From Candidatus Sigynarchaeum calidifontis (GTDB lineage: Archaea; Asgardarchaeota; Lokiarchaeia; Sigyniarchaeales; Sigyniarchaeaceae), in contig JAUQYZ020000135.1 of NCBI GenBank assembly GCA_030587475.2, forward strand, positions 1-45,689: a DNA stretch of 45,689 bases. The letters are read 5' to 3'. The notes beneath the pieces are model-generated. The model was not told where the DNA came from. It did no database searches and worked only from the letters and a program-made list of their open reading frames with translations. Numbering within the stretch: position 1 is the stretch's first letter; each line of letters begins with the position of its first letter. Positions 1 to 10,234 of this stretch are shown here, piece after piece. A program made the position numbers and the translations under genes.

Positions 1-59
1 TAACTGTTAGTTCGTCCGGCCTTGTAAATTTAGGTGCCATCACCAAACACGCCATACCC

Positions 60-3000
60 TTATTCGATCGAGGATCCGCCCCACGTGCGATACCAGATCA
101 CGTTTCCGGAGCGATCCCATTTGACCAGGACCATATCGCCGCCAACACCATAGCTCGTCGTGTAACCCGTCGTGTAGATATAATTAGCATCCGCCCAGGA
201 TCCATAGGGATATTCAGTACCCGATCCCCCCCATGTCTGGTACAAGCTATACTGCGGTGGGATAGCCAGGAACGGGTTCACCTCGGGGGCATCCACCCAT
301 GTCGATGCGTTCGTAAAGGTTCCGTCGGAACAGTTTATTTGAAACCGGTATAAGCCCCACGCCAGAGTCGTCGAGTGCTGGTAGGCCTTCCCGTCCATGG
401 CATTCGTGTCGTAAACGTCGACCTCGGACATGGATATCTCGGTTGCGTTGATCGTGACGCTGATAAATGCGGGCATATTATTATCCGCATCCGTGTAGGT
501 GACAATGAATACGAACTGGGTCGTGTTCGTTCCTCTGGTTGGCGAGACCCGTGCATTCGAAAGTATGGGGGCAGCCATGTTCGTGGAATTCACGACCAGT
601 CCCGTCCTGAGCGGTGTGATGATCGAAAAGCCATAATCGTTGCACGAGAAGTAATATTCATACGTGCCAGGCTGGAGGTATAATGATACCGTATAGATGC
701 AGCCGTCCGTGTAGATACTATCCGCGGAATTCACTTTCTCCATCGGAAAGTTCGTGGCATTCACCACGAGATTTACATATTGAGGTGCGTTGTTGTCGGC
801 ATCGGTATACGTGACGTTGAAGGTGAACAGCGTGTTCTGAGTGCCAGTTAATGGATTGACGGAATCTCCAGTGAGGGCCGGCGGCCGGATGTTGTTGATA
901 CGATTCATAAGCTCAACAACTTCTATGCCCGAGAGTGTCCTGTTATATATGCGAACCTCATCGATCAGGCCGTTGAAGTAATAATTATATGCCGGATCCC
1001 TCCCGATGAAGAAATTATTGACGAGGGTTGGTGTGGAAAACACGACCGTCGTTTGTTGAATCATGGTCCCGTTCACATAGCTCGTGACAAGGTTATTTTG
1101 CCGATCGAAGGTTACAACGAGATAATACCAAAGACCCGTCAAGAACGAATATGGGTGGGTAAAGTAAAGGTTATTGATGACCATCGATATGGTTGTCGAC
1201 GAGACACCCATTCCCGTGCCATAATACGATGCCCGGTCGCTATCGATGATGGGGGAATCTATATAGCTGTTGGACAAGAAGGAGTTCGCTCGAAACAAGG
1301 CGCAGAGTGAATAACTTGTTGCCCCATTCGCTACAGTCGTATCGATGTAACTCGCACCTGTGAAAATACCCGAATTTCCGAATGCACCTACTTGATAATT
1401 CATTCCTGATGGTATGCCGTTCCTGTTGTAACCGCTGTAATCTGACGCACTCGTTTCTAAGGGATAGAACGCCACGATGCCGTTTTCAAACGCCATATCG
1501 GAAATGTCAATGAACATTGGGCCATACGCTGTTGTCGTGTTGACTACATTGGAGCCATCCGAGCAATTGAATGAGTATCTATGCGACAACCCAGAGGCCA
1601 GTGTTGTGGTATAGATGTAGGTGCAACCATCCATGTAATTCGTATCTGCCGGTATGGATTTTACCATTGCACAAGCCGTCCCATCGACGATGACAGTTAT
1701 AAATGCCGGGGCGTTGTTGTCTAGATCGGTGTAGACGACCGAGTACGTCACGGGCGTGATATTTCCGTAACCCTTCCCCGGAACAGACCGGCCTTGTGCA
1801 AGTTCCGGCGAGTACGAATTCGTGTAAATCACGTTCAATCCAGTCACGACTCCGGTGGCTGTATAATAGCCTCCATCGGCGCACTCGAACGAGTAATTGT
1901 AAACCCCTGGTGATAGAAATCCCTGGTATCGATAGGCACATCCATCGGTATAAACGGTATCGCCAGTATTTACTTTCGACATAGAGACGGGCGTGTTGTT
2001 CAATAATACGTTGATGAATTGCGGGGCATTGTTGTCCAAATCCGTATACGTGACATCGAACGAGAACAAGGTGGCCTGGTTCCCCGATCCCGGTGTTATG
2101 GACATTCCTGTTAAGGTGGGTGGATAGGTATTTCTCGGGTATCGGAAGAGGATAGAGAAATCGTTCAACCCCGCGTATAATCCTGTGTACAAGTTGTAGT
2201 AGCTCAGGTTTAATCCGTAGTTCAGCCCCACAGTCTGCCCCGTAACAGCCGAGACGATATCGTAATTGAAATAGATATCCCCCGTCTGGTAGAGTACCAC
2301 CTCGAAGGTTCCCACCAGTGTTCCCCCGAGCGTGTAGTAGTTCTGGTACTCGACCACGAAGCGGTTCGGCGCGGTGAACGACCGGTAGAAGATGTTGCAC
2401 GTGCTCTCGCATCGTAGATCTTCCCAGAACGGGGCGATCATCAATGTTGGGGAAGAAGTCGGGAATGCGACATTAGAGTAGGAACTACTCGGGCTGAAGC
2501 TCACGAAACCGTTCGAGCAAATATAGATGGTGGAATAGTTCGTCCCATAAAACGTGAACGGGAACGGTAAAGATACTGCCTGATAGCTATCGTCAGCACC
2601 ATTCATCGAACACCTAATTCCGAGTGTTGCATCGAGCCAGGAATATGCGGTTCCGGGGGTCATTATATAGTTTCGCAACCCACCAAGGGTCTGCGCCGAG
2701 ACCATGGGCCCGAAGAACGGGCCTATCGCAGACGAGTTGACCCCGTCAGAGCAGCTGAAGCTAAACACGTGTCCTCCGGCCCAAAGTAAGGTCGAATAGG
2801 AGAATACACACCCGTCGATATAATTGCTGTCCCCGGGGTCGACTTTTACCATCTGGTGTGTACTCCCGTTAATTATGACCCGGATATAATCAGCAGGATC
2901 GTTGTCTTGATCAGAATACGTGACCATGAACGTGAACATCGTGGTTTGGCTCTGTCCGGTCGTAGGGGTAACATTTCCACTAGCGAGTAAGGGCGCGTGG

Positions 3001-5654
3001 GTGCTTGGGATGGCGACCACTGTTGGTCCGGCAATCGTGGAGGTGCTGTTCGAGAAACGCCCGTCGAAGCACGAGAAATTGTACAAGTAACTCCCTGGTT
3101 GTAGGTAGACAATTCGCTGGTACGCGCAGCCATCCGTGTAGTTGAAGTCGGCCGGGTTCTGCTTGACGAGTGGATACGACGTGCCGTTCAGGTTCACGTT
3201 GATTAATGCAGGGGAATTGTCATCTATGTCCGTGTATATGACGGAAAAGTTGAACGGCGTTGTCTGATTACCCGTCATTGGTGAAACGGATGGCAAAGTG
3301 AGTGCTGGGGCAAAATCGTTTCCGGCAACATCGAGAGTAGCATTGCCACTCCCCGAAATAGCTTTCGCGACGACGTAATAGATCCCGGTTCTCGATGGCG
3401 TGAACGAGATGAGCTCGTCCTGCCCCGTCAATGTTGATGTACTGCTTGCAACTTGCACAGGCTCGCCGTAGGCCGAGGAGGAGCCGTTGTATAGGTGCAA
3501 ATCGAAATCCGCGCCCACGGGAACGTCGAGAGAGATGTAGTACTGGATTCCTGCCATTAAATGCACGTGTCCACCTATTGCATGCTTTGATAACGAGCTT
3601 GTAGCGCTACTACTGAGCAAGTGGGTAATCGAACCGGCTATTTGGACATCGTTAATACAAGCCTCGATCGCTGCATCGACGTTGATCCTGCCATACCCCT
3701 CGTGCACGTCCTTCCCACCCCTGTTCAGCAACGGGCTATACGACGTGTCCACTTCTCGCTGCAAGGGATATGTCTCGGTTGCGGTCATGAGGAGCAATGC
3801 CTTGACGAGCTTTGCCTCGTTACCCGTGAAGTTCCAGTTCTGCCTGCCGCCAAGGGCATCGATGACGAGGTTCGCAGCGCCCGCCACCGCCGGCGTGGCC
3901 ATGGACGTGCCGAGCATCGGTGCCATGTCGTTCGTGAATCCCTCTGTCATGAATGTCTCGGCGTCATTGTCGTTCGTGTCCACGGAGAACATCGAGAAGT
4001 TGTAATAACTCCCACCTGGTGCCATGAGATCAGGCTTGTTGGTATAACCCGTGTAGGATGGCCCACCCTGGCTGCTGAAATCAGTGACCCTGTCGGCATC
4101 GCTCATCGCCGCGACCGTGATCACGTTGTCCGCATCACCCGGGGAGCCAATGTTGTCAGCGCCGGATCCGTCGTTCCCCGCGGCGACCACCGTGACGATG
4201 CCACTATTCACCGCGTTGTTGACCGCCGTGATCATCGAGGTCTGGCCTCCAGAACCGCCAAGACTCATGGAGATCACCGTGATGTTATAGACCATCCGGT
4301 TGGTGATCGCCCAGTTTATCCCGTCCACGATGTCCGAAAGGGTTCCAGAGCCAGATGCACTCAAGACCTTGATGCCGACCAGGCGGGAGTCCGGCGCTAC
4401 GCCTTGCCATCGATTGTTCGAGCCCAGGGCAGGCGCGGAGAACGGCCAGTGGACAATCCCCCTGAAGCGCCACACGGGGTTGTCGCAGTAACCATCGGCG
4501 CCATAGAACTGCATCTCCAACCGCAGCGAGTAATCGCCGAGGGTCCCGGCCGCCGCCGCGATCGTGAGCGTGTCGGTCCAAGACGTGGCCGTGCTCACAT
4601 ACGAGTCGACAACTGTTTCGCCGCGGTAGAGATACGCCCGTATGTACACGCGATCGCCGGACGTGCTATCCGTGAACGTGCAATCGATATCTATCGTGCC
4701 GGGATTCGTGACGTTAAACCTCGCCGCGGTGATAGAAATGGTCTGGCTCGGGATGTAATAACCCGTGTAATCGTAACCCATGCTATAAGTCGCCACGGCC
4801 CGGTTCGAACCATCCAACGAGTAATTGCCAGAGCCCGCGACGATGCCCGAGCAGTGCGAACCGTGCCCGTTGTCGTCGTAGGGGGTAGTGACGCCGCTAA
4901 CCTGGTCGCTCCAGCCAGTTATCTTGTACCCCCCGTTCCCGCTCGAATACCCCGGCGCGAACATGGCATGCGAGTCGTCGATGCCGGTGTCAATGACGGC
5001 GACTGCCGTCGAGGGGTCGCCGCGGAAGCCGTACGTGGACCACGCAAGCGGTCGCAGGTTCATGTTTCTGGAAGCGTAATAGAGCTGGGCTCGCACGATC
5101 CCGTCCTCCTCAACCAAAAATGGAACGTTATTTTTACGAAGGTTAGAGCAGAACGCATCTAGCCCTTCCTGGCTGATGGTACCGGCAAAGCCGTTGATCG
5201 CAACGTCATACCAGCTCTTCAATTTGCCTCCCAGGTCGACGAACGCCGCGATGATACCGGAGATATTTCCGCTCGGGAAGCTCACGACCACGGGAATGGC
5301 ATCGAGCGTGAATTCTCGTTTTTCAGGGATGCTGGCTCTTCCTTCCAAGACTTTTACGAGATCCCCTCCCGATAATAATGCTTGCTGGCTTCTTTTCCCC
5401 ATTTCCATGTCGCTGATCTTCCGCTCCAACGAATCGCTCATGCCGTTCGTATTACGGTCTGCTATGCCGGTGATCTTCTTCCATGACGCGATATCACGAA
5501 AATTCACGTTTATGGAATCATCCACTTCACTGATGACGTCACTATTCCCGGAATTATGCACGTCCGGGGTCATCTTGAGTGTTAAAAAAGTGATAATGCT
5601 GAAGGATACTATAGCAAAAAGGAACATGGTCTTTGTGTTCTTGAGATGCTTCAA
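60..5654 (-). CDS. Giant membrane-anchored S8 (subtilisin-like) serine protease with PPC-like, six Ig-like repeat, NIDO-like, LamG/ConA-like and beta-propeller modules; C-terminus probably continues past the window edge
   Basis: N-terminal hydrophobic anchor; catalytic motifs VIDTGID, HGSHCSG, AAGNDG and GTSMATP; LamG signature FNGLIDEVRIYNRTLS; C-terminal TWGGS repeats. Confidence 0.9.
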   Translation of the reverse strand: MKHLKNTKTMFLFAIVSFSIITFLTLKMTPDVHNSGNSDVISEVDDSINVNFRDIASWKKITGIADRNTNGMSDSLERKISDMEMGKRSQQALLSGGDLVKVLEGRASIPEKREFTLDAIPVVVSFPSGNISGIIAAFVDLGGKLKSWYDVAINGFAGTISQEGLDAFCSNLRKNNVPFLVEEDGIVRAQLYYASRNMNLRPLAWSTYGFRGDPSTAVAVIDTGIDDSHAMFAPGYSSGNGGYKITGWSDQVSGVTTPYDDNGHGSHCSGIVAGSGNYSLDGSNRAVATYSMGYDYTGYYIPSQTISITAARFNVTNPGTIDIDCTFTDSTSGDRVYIRAYLYRGETVVDSYVSTATSWTDTLTIAAAAGTLGDYSLRLEMQFYGADGYCDNPVWRFRGIVHWPFSAPALGSNNRWQGVAPDSRLVGIKVLSASGSGTLSDIVDGINWAITNRMVYNITVISMSLGGSGGQTSMITAVNNAVNSGIVTVVAAGNDGSGADNIGSPGDADNVITVAAMSDADRVTDFSSQGGPSYTGYTNKPDLMAPGGSYYNFSMFSVDTNDNDAETFMTEGFTNDMAPMLGTSMATPAVAGAANLVIDALGGRQNWNFTGNEAKLVKALLLMTATETYPLQREVDTSYSPLLNRGGKDVHEGYGRINVDAAIEACINDVQIAGSITHLLSSSATSSLSKHAIGGHVHLMAGIQYYISLDVPVGADFDLHLYNGSSSAYGEPVQVASSTSTLTGQDELISFTPSRTGIYYVVAKAISGSGNATLDVAGNDFAPALTLPSVSPMTGNQTTPFNFSVIYTDIDDNSPALINVNLNGTSYPLVKQNPADFNYTDGCAYQRIVYLQPGSYLYNFSCFDGRFSNSTSTIAGPTVVAIPSTHAPLLASGNVTPTTGQSQTTMFTFMVTYSDQDNDPADYIRVIINGSTHQMVKVDPGDSNYIDGCVFSYSTLLWAGGHVFSFSCSDGVNSSAIGPFFGPMVSAQTLGGLRNYIMTPGTAYSWLDATLGIRCSMNGADDSYQAVSLPFPFTFYGTNYSTIYICSNGFVSFSPSSSYSNVAFPTSSPTLMIAPFWEDLRCESTCNIFYRSFTAPNRFVVEYQNYYTLGGTLVGTFEVVLYQTGDIYFNYDIVSAVTGQTVGLNYGLNLSYYNLYTGLYAGLNDFSILFRYPRNTYPPTLTGMSITPGSGNQATLFSFDVTYTDLDNNAPQFINVLLNNTPVSMSKVNTGDTVYTDGCAYRYQGFLSPGVYNYSFECADGGYYTATGVVTGLNVIYTNSYSPELAQGRSVPGKGYGNITPVTYSVVYTDLDNNAPAFITVIVDGTACAMVKSIPADTNYMDGCTYIYTTTLASGLSHRYSFNCSDGSNVVNTTTAYGPMFIDISDMAFENGIVAFYPLETSASDYSGYNRNGIPSGMNYQVGAFGNSGIFTGASYIDTTVANGATSYSLCALFRANSFLSNSYIDSPIIDSDRASYYGTGMGVSSTTISMVINNLYFTHPYSFLTGLWYYLVVTFDRQNNLVTSYVNGTMIQQTTVVFSTPTLVNNFFIGRDPAYNYYFNGLIDEVRIYNRTLSGIEVVELMNRINNIRPPALTGDSVNPLTGTQNTLFTFNVTYTDADNNAPQYVNLVVNATNFPMEKVNSADSIYTDGCIYTVSLYLQPGTYEYYFSCNDYGFSIITPLRTGLVVNSTNMAAPILSNARVSPTRGTNTTQFVFIVTYTDADNNMPAFISVTINATEISMSEVDVYDTNAMDGKAYQHSTTLAWGLYRFQINCSDGTFTNASTWVDAPEVNPFLAIPPQYSLYQTWGGSGTEYPYGSWADANYIYTTGYTTSYGVGGDMVLVKWDRSGNVIWYRTWGGSSIE
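322..3315 (-). repeat. Six ~85-aa intragenic repeats (F.F.V.YTD.DNN.P..I.V...M.K...D..Y.DGC.Y...L..G.Y.Y.F.C.DG) arranged as three pairs
   Basis: Visible in translation at about 3060-3315, 2742-3000, 1872-2127, 1555-1815, 630-888 and 322-575. Confidence 0.85.
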
Positions 5655-6348
5655 CTACTTTCCCTCGTTTAAATCGAATATCTTTTTTCTGCATAGGAAT
5701 TTAAAAATTACTACGAATTCCCGACGTTACGATTTTTGCGAGAATCGTAGTCCTATTCGTGTATAGAAACGAACGAAGATCAAGAATAAAAATCCATATC
5801 CCCCGAAAATGGAGATAGAAAAATCAACTCGGGTCCTCCATCGTTACGTTTAATGCGCGGTTTCTCGTCGATACTAGTAAGTTTTTTGGTGAGCATAATC
5901 TTGCCATGTCCATGATTCATTTCCAGGCATGTCTTGCGAAAATCAGGACCGATTTTGGTTTACCTGGGTTTTGAAAACGGTATATCAACTGCACCACTGC
6001 CGACGTGTAATTTCATCACCTTCTATGCGTGTATACACCACCACGTGTAGCCACGCAGCCATGCGTGAGTCATTATCAAGTGCAATCATGCTGCGTGTTA
6101 AAGTGATGATGGTGATGGTGACGAGAATAGCGAGGTCTTTCTTGTTTCTCTTATGTTTCTTACATATTTCCTTTGTTTCAGCCAGCATCCATAATAATGG
6201 CAAATTGAAGATGATCTTTGCGTATTAAGTCAGAATAAGTGCGGTGTTCAAAGAATTTATGGGCGGTATCGAAAATGACAAATATATAATATCCACACCA
6301 AAACCTGGATGAAATAAAAAGGATGGGAAATGCGATCTCGATTATCTT

Positions 6349-6849
6349 CTACCTGGGAGCGGGTACTTCCTTGAATTCCTTCATCGACTTCACGAAAGTC
6401 TTGAAAAACCTGAATGCCTGGGCAATCACCATGAACAATGCCGACACGGTATTCAAGTACACGATGCTCGCGGTGACTTCTCCGACTGAAAAACCCGGGA
6501 GGGGGATAGATGTAAGATCCGCCGCGAGCTGCACGTTCAGCATCCCGAAGCCGCTGTACGGCATGAAGGCCGACAGGATCGTGCAGCCTATGGTGTAAGC
6601 CATTACCGTATACACGAGAAAGCCCCCCGAGGAGAGCATTTCGAGGCGCGCGTGGTCCTTCGCGATGGCCGACAAGACGATGAGAAATGCCAGCACGCCG
6701 GACATGATCCATACCGTCTGGGAATAGGTCACGACGCGGAACTCGCCGAGGTAAGAGTCGACGAAGCCGATTGCCCAGAAGAATCCGTACGTGATGGCGA
6801 GCAACCCGCCCGCGCCGATCATGTACAAGATGACTTTTCCTGCGCTCAT
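6349..6849 (-). CDS. Hypothetical integral membrane protein (~4 TM)
   Basis: 166-aa ORF with several hydrophobic stretches; 4-bp overlap with the upstream gene. Confidence 0.75.
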   Translation of the reverse strand: MSAGKVILYMIGAGGLLAITYGFFWAIGFVDSYLGEFRVVTYSQTVWIMSGVLAFLIVLSAIAKDHARLEMLSSGGFLVYTVMAYTIGCTILSAFMPYSGFGMLNVQLAADLTSIPLPGFSVGEVTASIVYLNTVSALFMVIAQAFRFFKTFVKSMKEFKEVPAPR

Positions 6850-7364
6850 GGAAAGCTCAGCCCTCCTGGCAGTTCTATCGTCGCGGACAAGGTCGTCGTG
6901 GCAAATATGTAGCTCACGTGGAAGTTGATTCCAAGAACGAACGGCGTCGTGCTATTCAAGATCGAAAGTAAAGACCCCGTGTTTAAACTCACGAGCGTGA
7001 CGTTGAACGGGCACTTGTTCGTCCCGAACGGTATGTCCCCGATGTTCGACGTGGAGCTCGTGATCAACGAGCCATTCGAAGCATAGGAGAGGCTGACATC
7101 GATACGGAGGTCCTTCACGTCGAAGCCTATCGCCCCGGAATTGTTGACGTAGGCCGGGATGTAGACAACGAGATGCGTGGCGTTGGAATACGTGCCGACA
7201 TTTGGCACGGTCCTGTTAGGATAAAAACCCCAGCTGAGCATGTATCCTGCTACCATGTTGTAGCCGTTCACGGCGAGCGTACCGATAATGAACAAGGTCG
7301 AGAGCACCGAGATCAATTTCACGACATTGGGATGGCTCACGACCTCCTTTTTCTTGATTGACAT
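6846..7364 (-). CDS. Hypothetical single-TM protein with beta-rich (LEA_2/Ig-like) extracellular domain
   Basis: N-terminal TM after a basic patch, beta-strand pattern, several N-x-S/T sequons; ATG 7364 preferred over the longer track start. Confidence 0.7.
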   Translation of the reverse strand: MSIKKKEVVSHPNVVKLISVLSTLFIIGTLAVNGYNMVAGYMLSWGFYPNRTVPNVGTYSNATHLVVYIPAYVNNSGAIGFDVKDLRIDVSLSYASNGSLITSSTSNIGDIPFGTNKCPFNVTLVSLNTGSLLSILNSTTPFVLGINFHVSYIFATTTLSATIELPGGLSFP

Positions 7365-7436
7365 GCGTGGGTCACTCTGGATGATGGTTCTGATGATGGA
7401 TGACTTATGCAAACCAGTCGTTCATTAATCTATCGT

Positions 7437-9602
7437 TCAATCCAAATCATCCGCGCGTGAAGATCCCTTGGCGAACCGAACCGGCGCGAAAAGATACCTT
7501 GCCCTCTCCTCGTCCTTTTTTATCCCTGTCAAAGGATTACCTCGCAAATCAAGCAGCCGGAGTTTCGCCAGGTGTAGCAAGTTCCCCAATGAGTCGATCT
7601 GGTTGCCGCTCGCGAGGAACTCGCGCAAGTGGGGCATGGTGTCGATTTCCCTGGTGTTTTTCAAGTAGTTGTTGTGCACGTCGACGTGGGACACGGCGGG
7701 GAAGTTGCTGATCCCCTTCAGCGCGCCCAGGTTGTTGTCCGACAAGTCGAGCCGCTCGACGCTCGGGATGGTCGTGTCGTTCTCCAGCTTGACGATCCCG
7801 TTCCCGTTCAAGAATAAAACCTTCAGTCGCTCCATGGCGGGACAATCTTGCAAGTTGTCGAGCTTGTTCCATGCGAGATTCACGGAATCAAGTTTCTGGC
7901 AAGTATCGAGTCCTTTTATTTGCGACATCTTGGTGAACTGGTTCCGGGATAAGTCGAGCACCTCTAAACCCCCGCGAGCAAAGGTAACATCCACGTTTTT
8001 CAAGTTGTTGCAGTGGAGATCCAGGAAATGCACGGGGACTTTCTTGCCAGACGGTTCGAAGTTGGTGAGCAAGTTCCGGGACAGGTCCAGGCACCGCAAG
8101 TCTGGCCAGGTTCCAAGCGACTCGACATTCTTGATCGCGTTATTTGAAAGATCCAAAAACTTGAGCTTGGATAATTCATTGATCGCTGGCGGGATCTCCC
8201 TTAACCGGATCCCGGATAAGCCGATACCGGTGATGCTTCCTTTGTGCAGCATGATCCAGGGTATTTTTTTGAATTCTGGTGGTAACAGCGGGAGAACCGG
8301 TGGCGGCTGCCCGCAATCGAGCACGTGGACGACCGGCAGGGCAGGATCCTTGGGAGGAAGGATCACGGCGAGCGCGTCGACGACGCCACGAGGAACGCCC
8401 ATTTGTTCAAGGGCATCGAGATTCACCTCGCGTCGTTGTTTCCCAGCCGCATCACCATCAAGAACCAGCCCCTGCCAGACTTCCCCGAATTGGACGAGCT
8501 CCTCGCTCGTTATCATTGTCTTGCGGGCGGCATCCAGTTGCTTCGTGATGATGCCCTTTATCTTGTTGACCTTCTCACGATCGAGGGCAGTGTCGGAGAT
8601 TCGCTTTTTCCACGACGTGAACTGGCGATCCAACGCCCACGGGTTCGCCATCTTGAGGTAGGCAAGCACCTTTGAAGCGATGTCCCCGGCTTGCTTATCT
8701 TTCTGCATCCGCTCCCGCAGTAATTCCTCCCTTTCCGTGTCATCAAGCTTGACGCGAGCTGGGCGTTTCGATGCCGGCGTCGTTCGCAAGGTATACAAGC
8801 GCAAGAAAAAATTGGCGTGGACAACTCGCATGTCTCGATTGATGAACGTGGCGACAGTATCGCGATCCATTAACCCGAGCAAATCGAGGACATCATCTCC
8901 CTTGTCTTCGGACATGCTTCCCGCGCGGAGCAGCGCGTCGACGAGCATCGGTTGCTTGCCGTTTCGCGTCAAGAAATCATCAAACACGCGCCGTTTACTC
9001 GCGATGCTACATTCTTTGAGGATGGACGCGCTTTTATGAATCAACCACGCGTGACCTGTCGGGTCATTACAAAGAAGCATCTCGGCAATGGCAAGGGCAC
9101 GCCTTGCCCAGTCGACGTAATCGAGTTGCTTTTCCACGATATCCATGAAGATGTTCGTGAACGAAATCGCACCCAGGGATCCAACGAAACTTGCAAGGAT
9201 TCTCGTGAGCCAGTTGTCCCCGGCTCGTCGCGAGATCGCGTCAACACCGTTGTCCGTGAGAACCAGCTGTAAATTCGTCAGCGGGAGAAATTTCTTGAGA
9301 ACCCGCTCGACAACCACCTTTGTATCCGCTCCTTGGAACAATTGCCAGTTATCGGGGTGTAACAGCACGAATAGCGCCTTGCACTTGTCCAAGATGATGT
9401 CATGGATGCCTGGACGAAGCATTTGCTCGGCAACCTTGTTACCATCCTTGTTGTCGATAACATTCCCTGACGAGTCGAGGATGGTTTCGGTCCCTCCTGC
9501 CCTCCACGTTATTGCTTTATTGAGCACGATACCAAATGGCCGGTCCACATCGGGCTTTATATCTTCGAGATCCTTCCGGATGAGGTCGGCGAGGGAAGCC
9601 AT
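7437..9602 (-). CDS. Leucine-rich repeat protein (helical N-terminal region, C-terminal SDS22-like LRR solenoid)
   Basis: About 10 LxxLxLxxNxL repeats (LKFLDLSNNAI, LRCLDLSRNLL, LEVLDLSRNQF, LRLLDLRGNPL); start may lie up to 9653. Confidence 0.88.
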   Translation of the reverse strand: MASLADLIRKDLEDIKPDVDRPFGIVLNKAITWRAGGTETILDSSGNVIDNKDGNKVAEQMLRPGIHDIILDKCKALFVLLHPDNWQLFQGADTKVVVERVLKKFLPLTNLQLVLTDNGVDAISRRAGDNWLTRILASFVGSLGAISFTNIFMDIVEKQLDYVDWARRALAIAEMLLCNDPTGHAWLIHKSASILKECSIASKRRVFDDFLTRNGKQPMLVDALLRAGSMSEDKGDDVLDLLGLMDRDTVATFINRDMRVVHANFFLRLYTLRTTPASKRPARVKLDDTEREELLRERMQKDKQAGDIASKVLAYLKMANPWALDRQFTSWKKRISDTALDREKVNKIKGIITKQLDAARKTMITSEELVQFGEVWQGLVLDGDAAGKQRREVNLDALEQMGVPRGVVDALAVILPPKDPALPVVHVLDCGQPPPVLPLLPPEFKKIPWIMLHKGSITGIGLSGIRLREIPPAINELSKLKFLDLSNNAIKNVESLGTWPDLRCLDLSRNLLTNFEPSGKKVPVHFLDLHCNNLKNVDVTFARGGLEVLDLSRNQFTKMSQIKGLDTCQKLDSVNLAWNKLDNLQDCPAMERLKVLFLNGNGIVKLENDTTIPSVERLDLSDNNLGALKGISNFPAVSHVDVHNNYLKNTREIDTMPHLREFLASGNQIDSLGNLLHLAKLRLLDLRGNPLTGIKKDEERARYLFAPVRFAKGSSRADDLD

Positions 9603-9713
9603 GGTAGTATCACCAGATCGCGAAGGATGCATCGTCGCGTTGTTTGATAACAAGTGTTCGTCCGCTTCGTCAACGAAAAATGGAGGGTAGGATGATTACA
9701 GGTTTCTCGTGGA

Positions 9714-10202
9714 TCACGCGATTTTTTGTGCCAGGTCATTTACACTGGAAATGATCTTCGCGATGTTCTTGTTCAACGATTTCCAATTCCGCTCCAGGTC
9801 GTGGAAAACGAGGAGCTTCAAGTCATTGTTGATCGTCTTGTCGTAATATACCTTGTGAAAATTCTTGATGTGTTTCAAGAGATCATCGATGAGGGCTGGA
9901 GTGACCTCTAAGGGATCAAATTCCTCGAGAATTTCCTTCTCGTCAAGGTTAAGCATTTCATCCCCGATGACCTCGTCGATTGCCATGTTCAAGTCCTGCA
10001 GAACCTCGGCAAGCTCGTAGAGCTCGTTTGTCATCGATTGCACCCTCGTCTTGCGGTTCTCGTCGTCGATCATGGTGATGTCTTTCATGTTCTCTTCCAG
10101 CTTGCTTGTCGATTGGGTCATCTTTTTGGCTAGCTTGCGCAGTTGCACGATCAGATTCGCGCCGCTGGGGGCGCTATCCTTTATCTTTTGTGTCTTGGTC
10201 AT
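9714..10202 (-). CDS. Hypothetical alpha-helical/coiled-coil protein
   Basis: 162-aa ORF with heptad periodicity, basic N-terminus and acidic middle. Confidence 0.75.
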   Translation of the reverse strand: MTKTQKIKDSAPSGANLIVQLRKLAKKMTQSTSKLEENMKDITMIDDENRKTRVQSMTNELYELAEVLQDLNMAIDEVIGDEMLNLDEKEILEEFDPLEVTPALIDDLLKHIKNFHKVYYDKTINNDLKLLVFHDLERNWKSLNKNIAKIISSVNDLAQKIA

Positions 10203-10234
10203 TGAGTCTCATCTCTTTTCACGCGGCCCGGCTT

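Noticed and set aside
1-62. Genome-wide TAA-to-Tyr reassignment, or a diversity-generating retroelement template
   Set aside because: TAA ends clearly complete genes here (16764, 20023, 37115); no reverse transcriptase or near-identical TR/VR pair is visible
3621-5162. 513-aa plus-strand ORF and the many other long antisense or alternate-frame ORFs (e.g. 7669..8661, 12549..13505, 28740..29600, 44076..45050)
   Set aside because: Shadows of well-supported genes caused by GC-rich codon bias; no recognisable motifs
5985-6203. Small ORF with a basic-then-hydrophobic segment resembling a signal-anchor remnant
   Set aside because: Short, weak start and no recognisable homology; cannot be distinguished from intergenic noise
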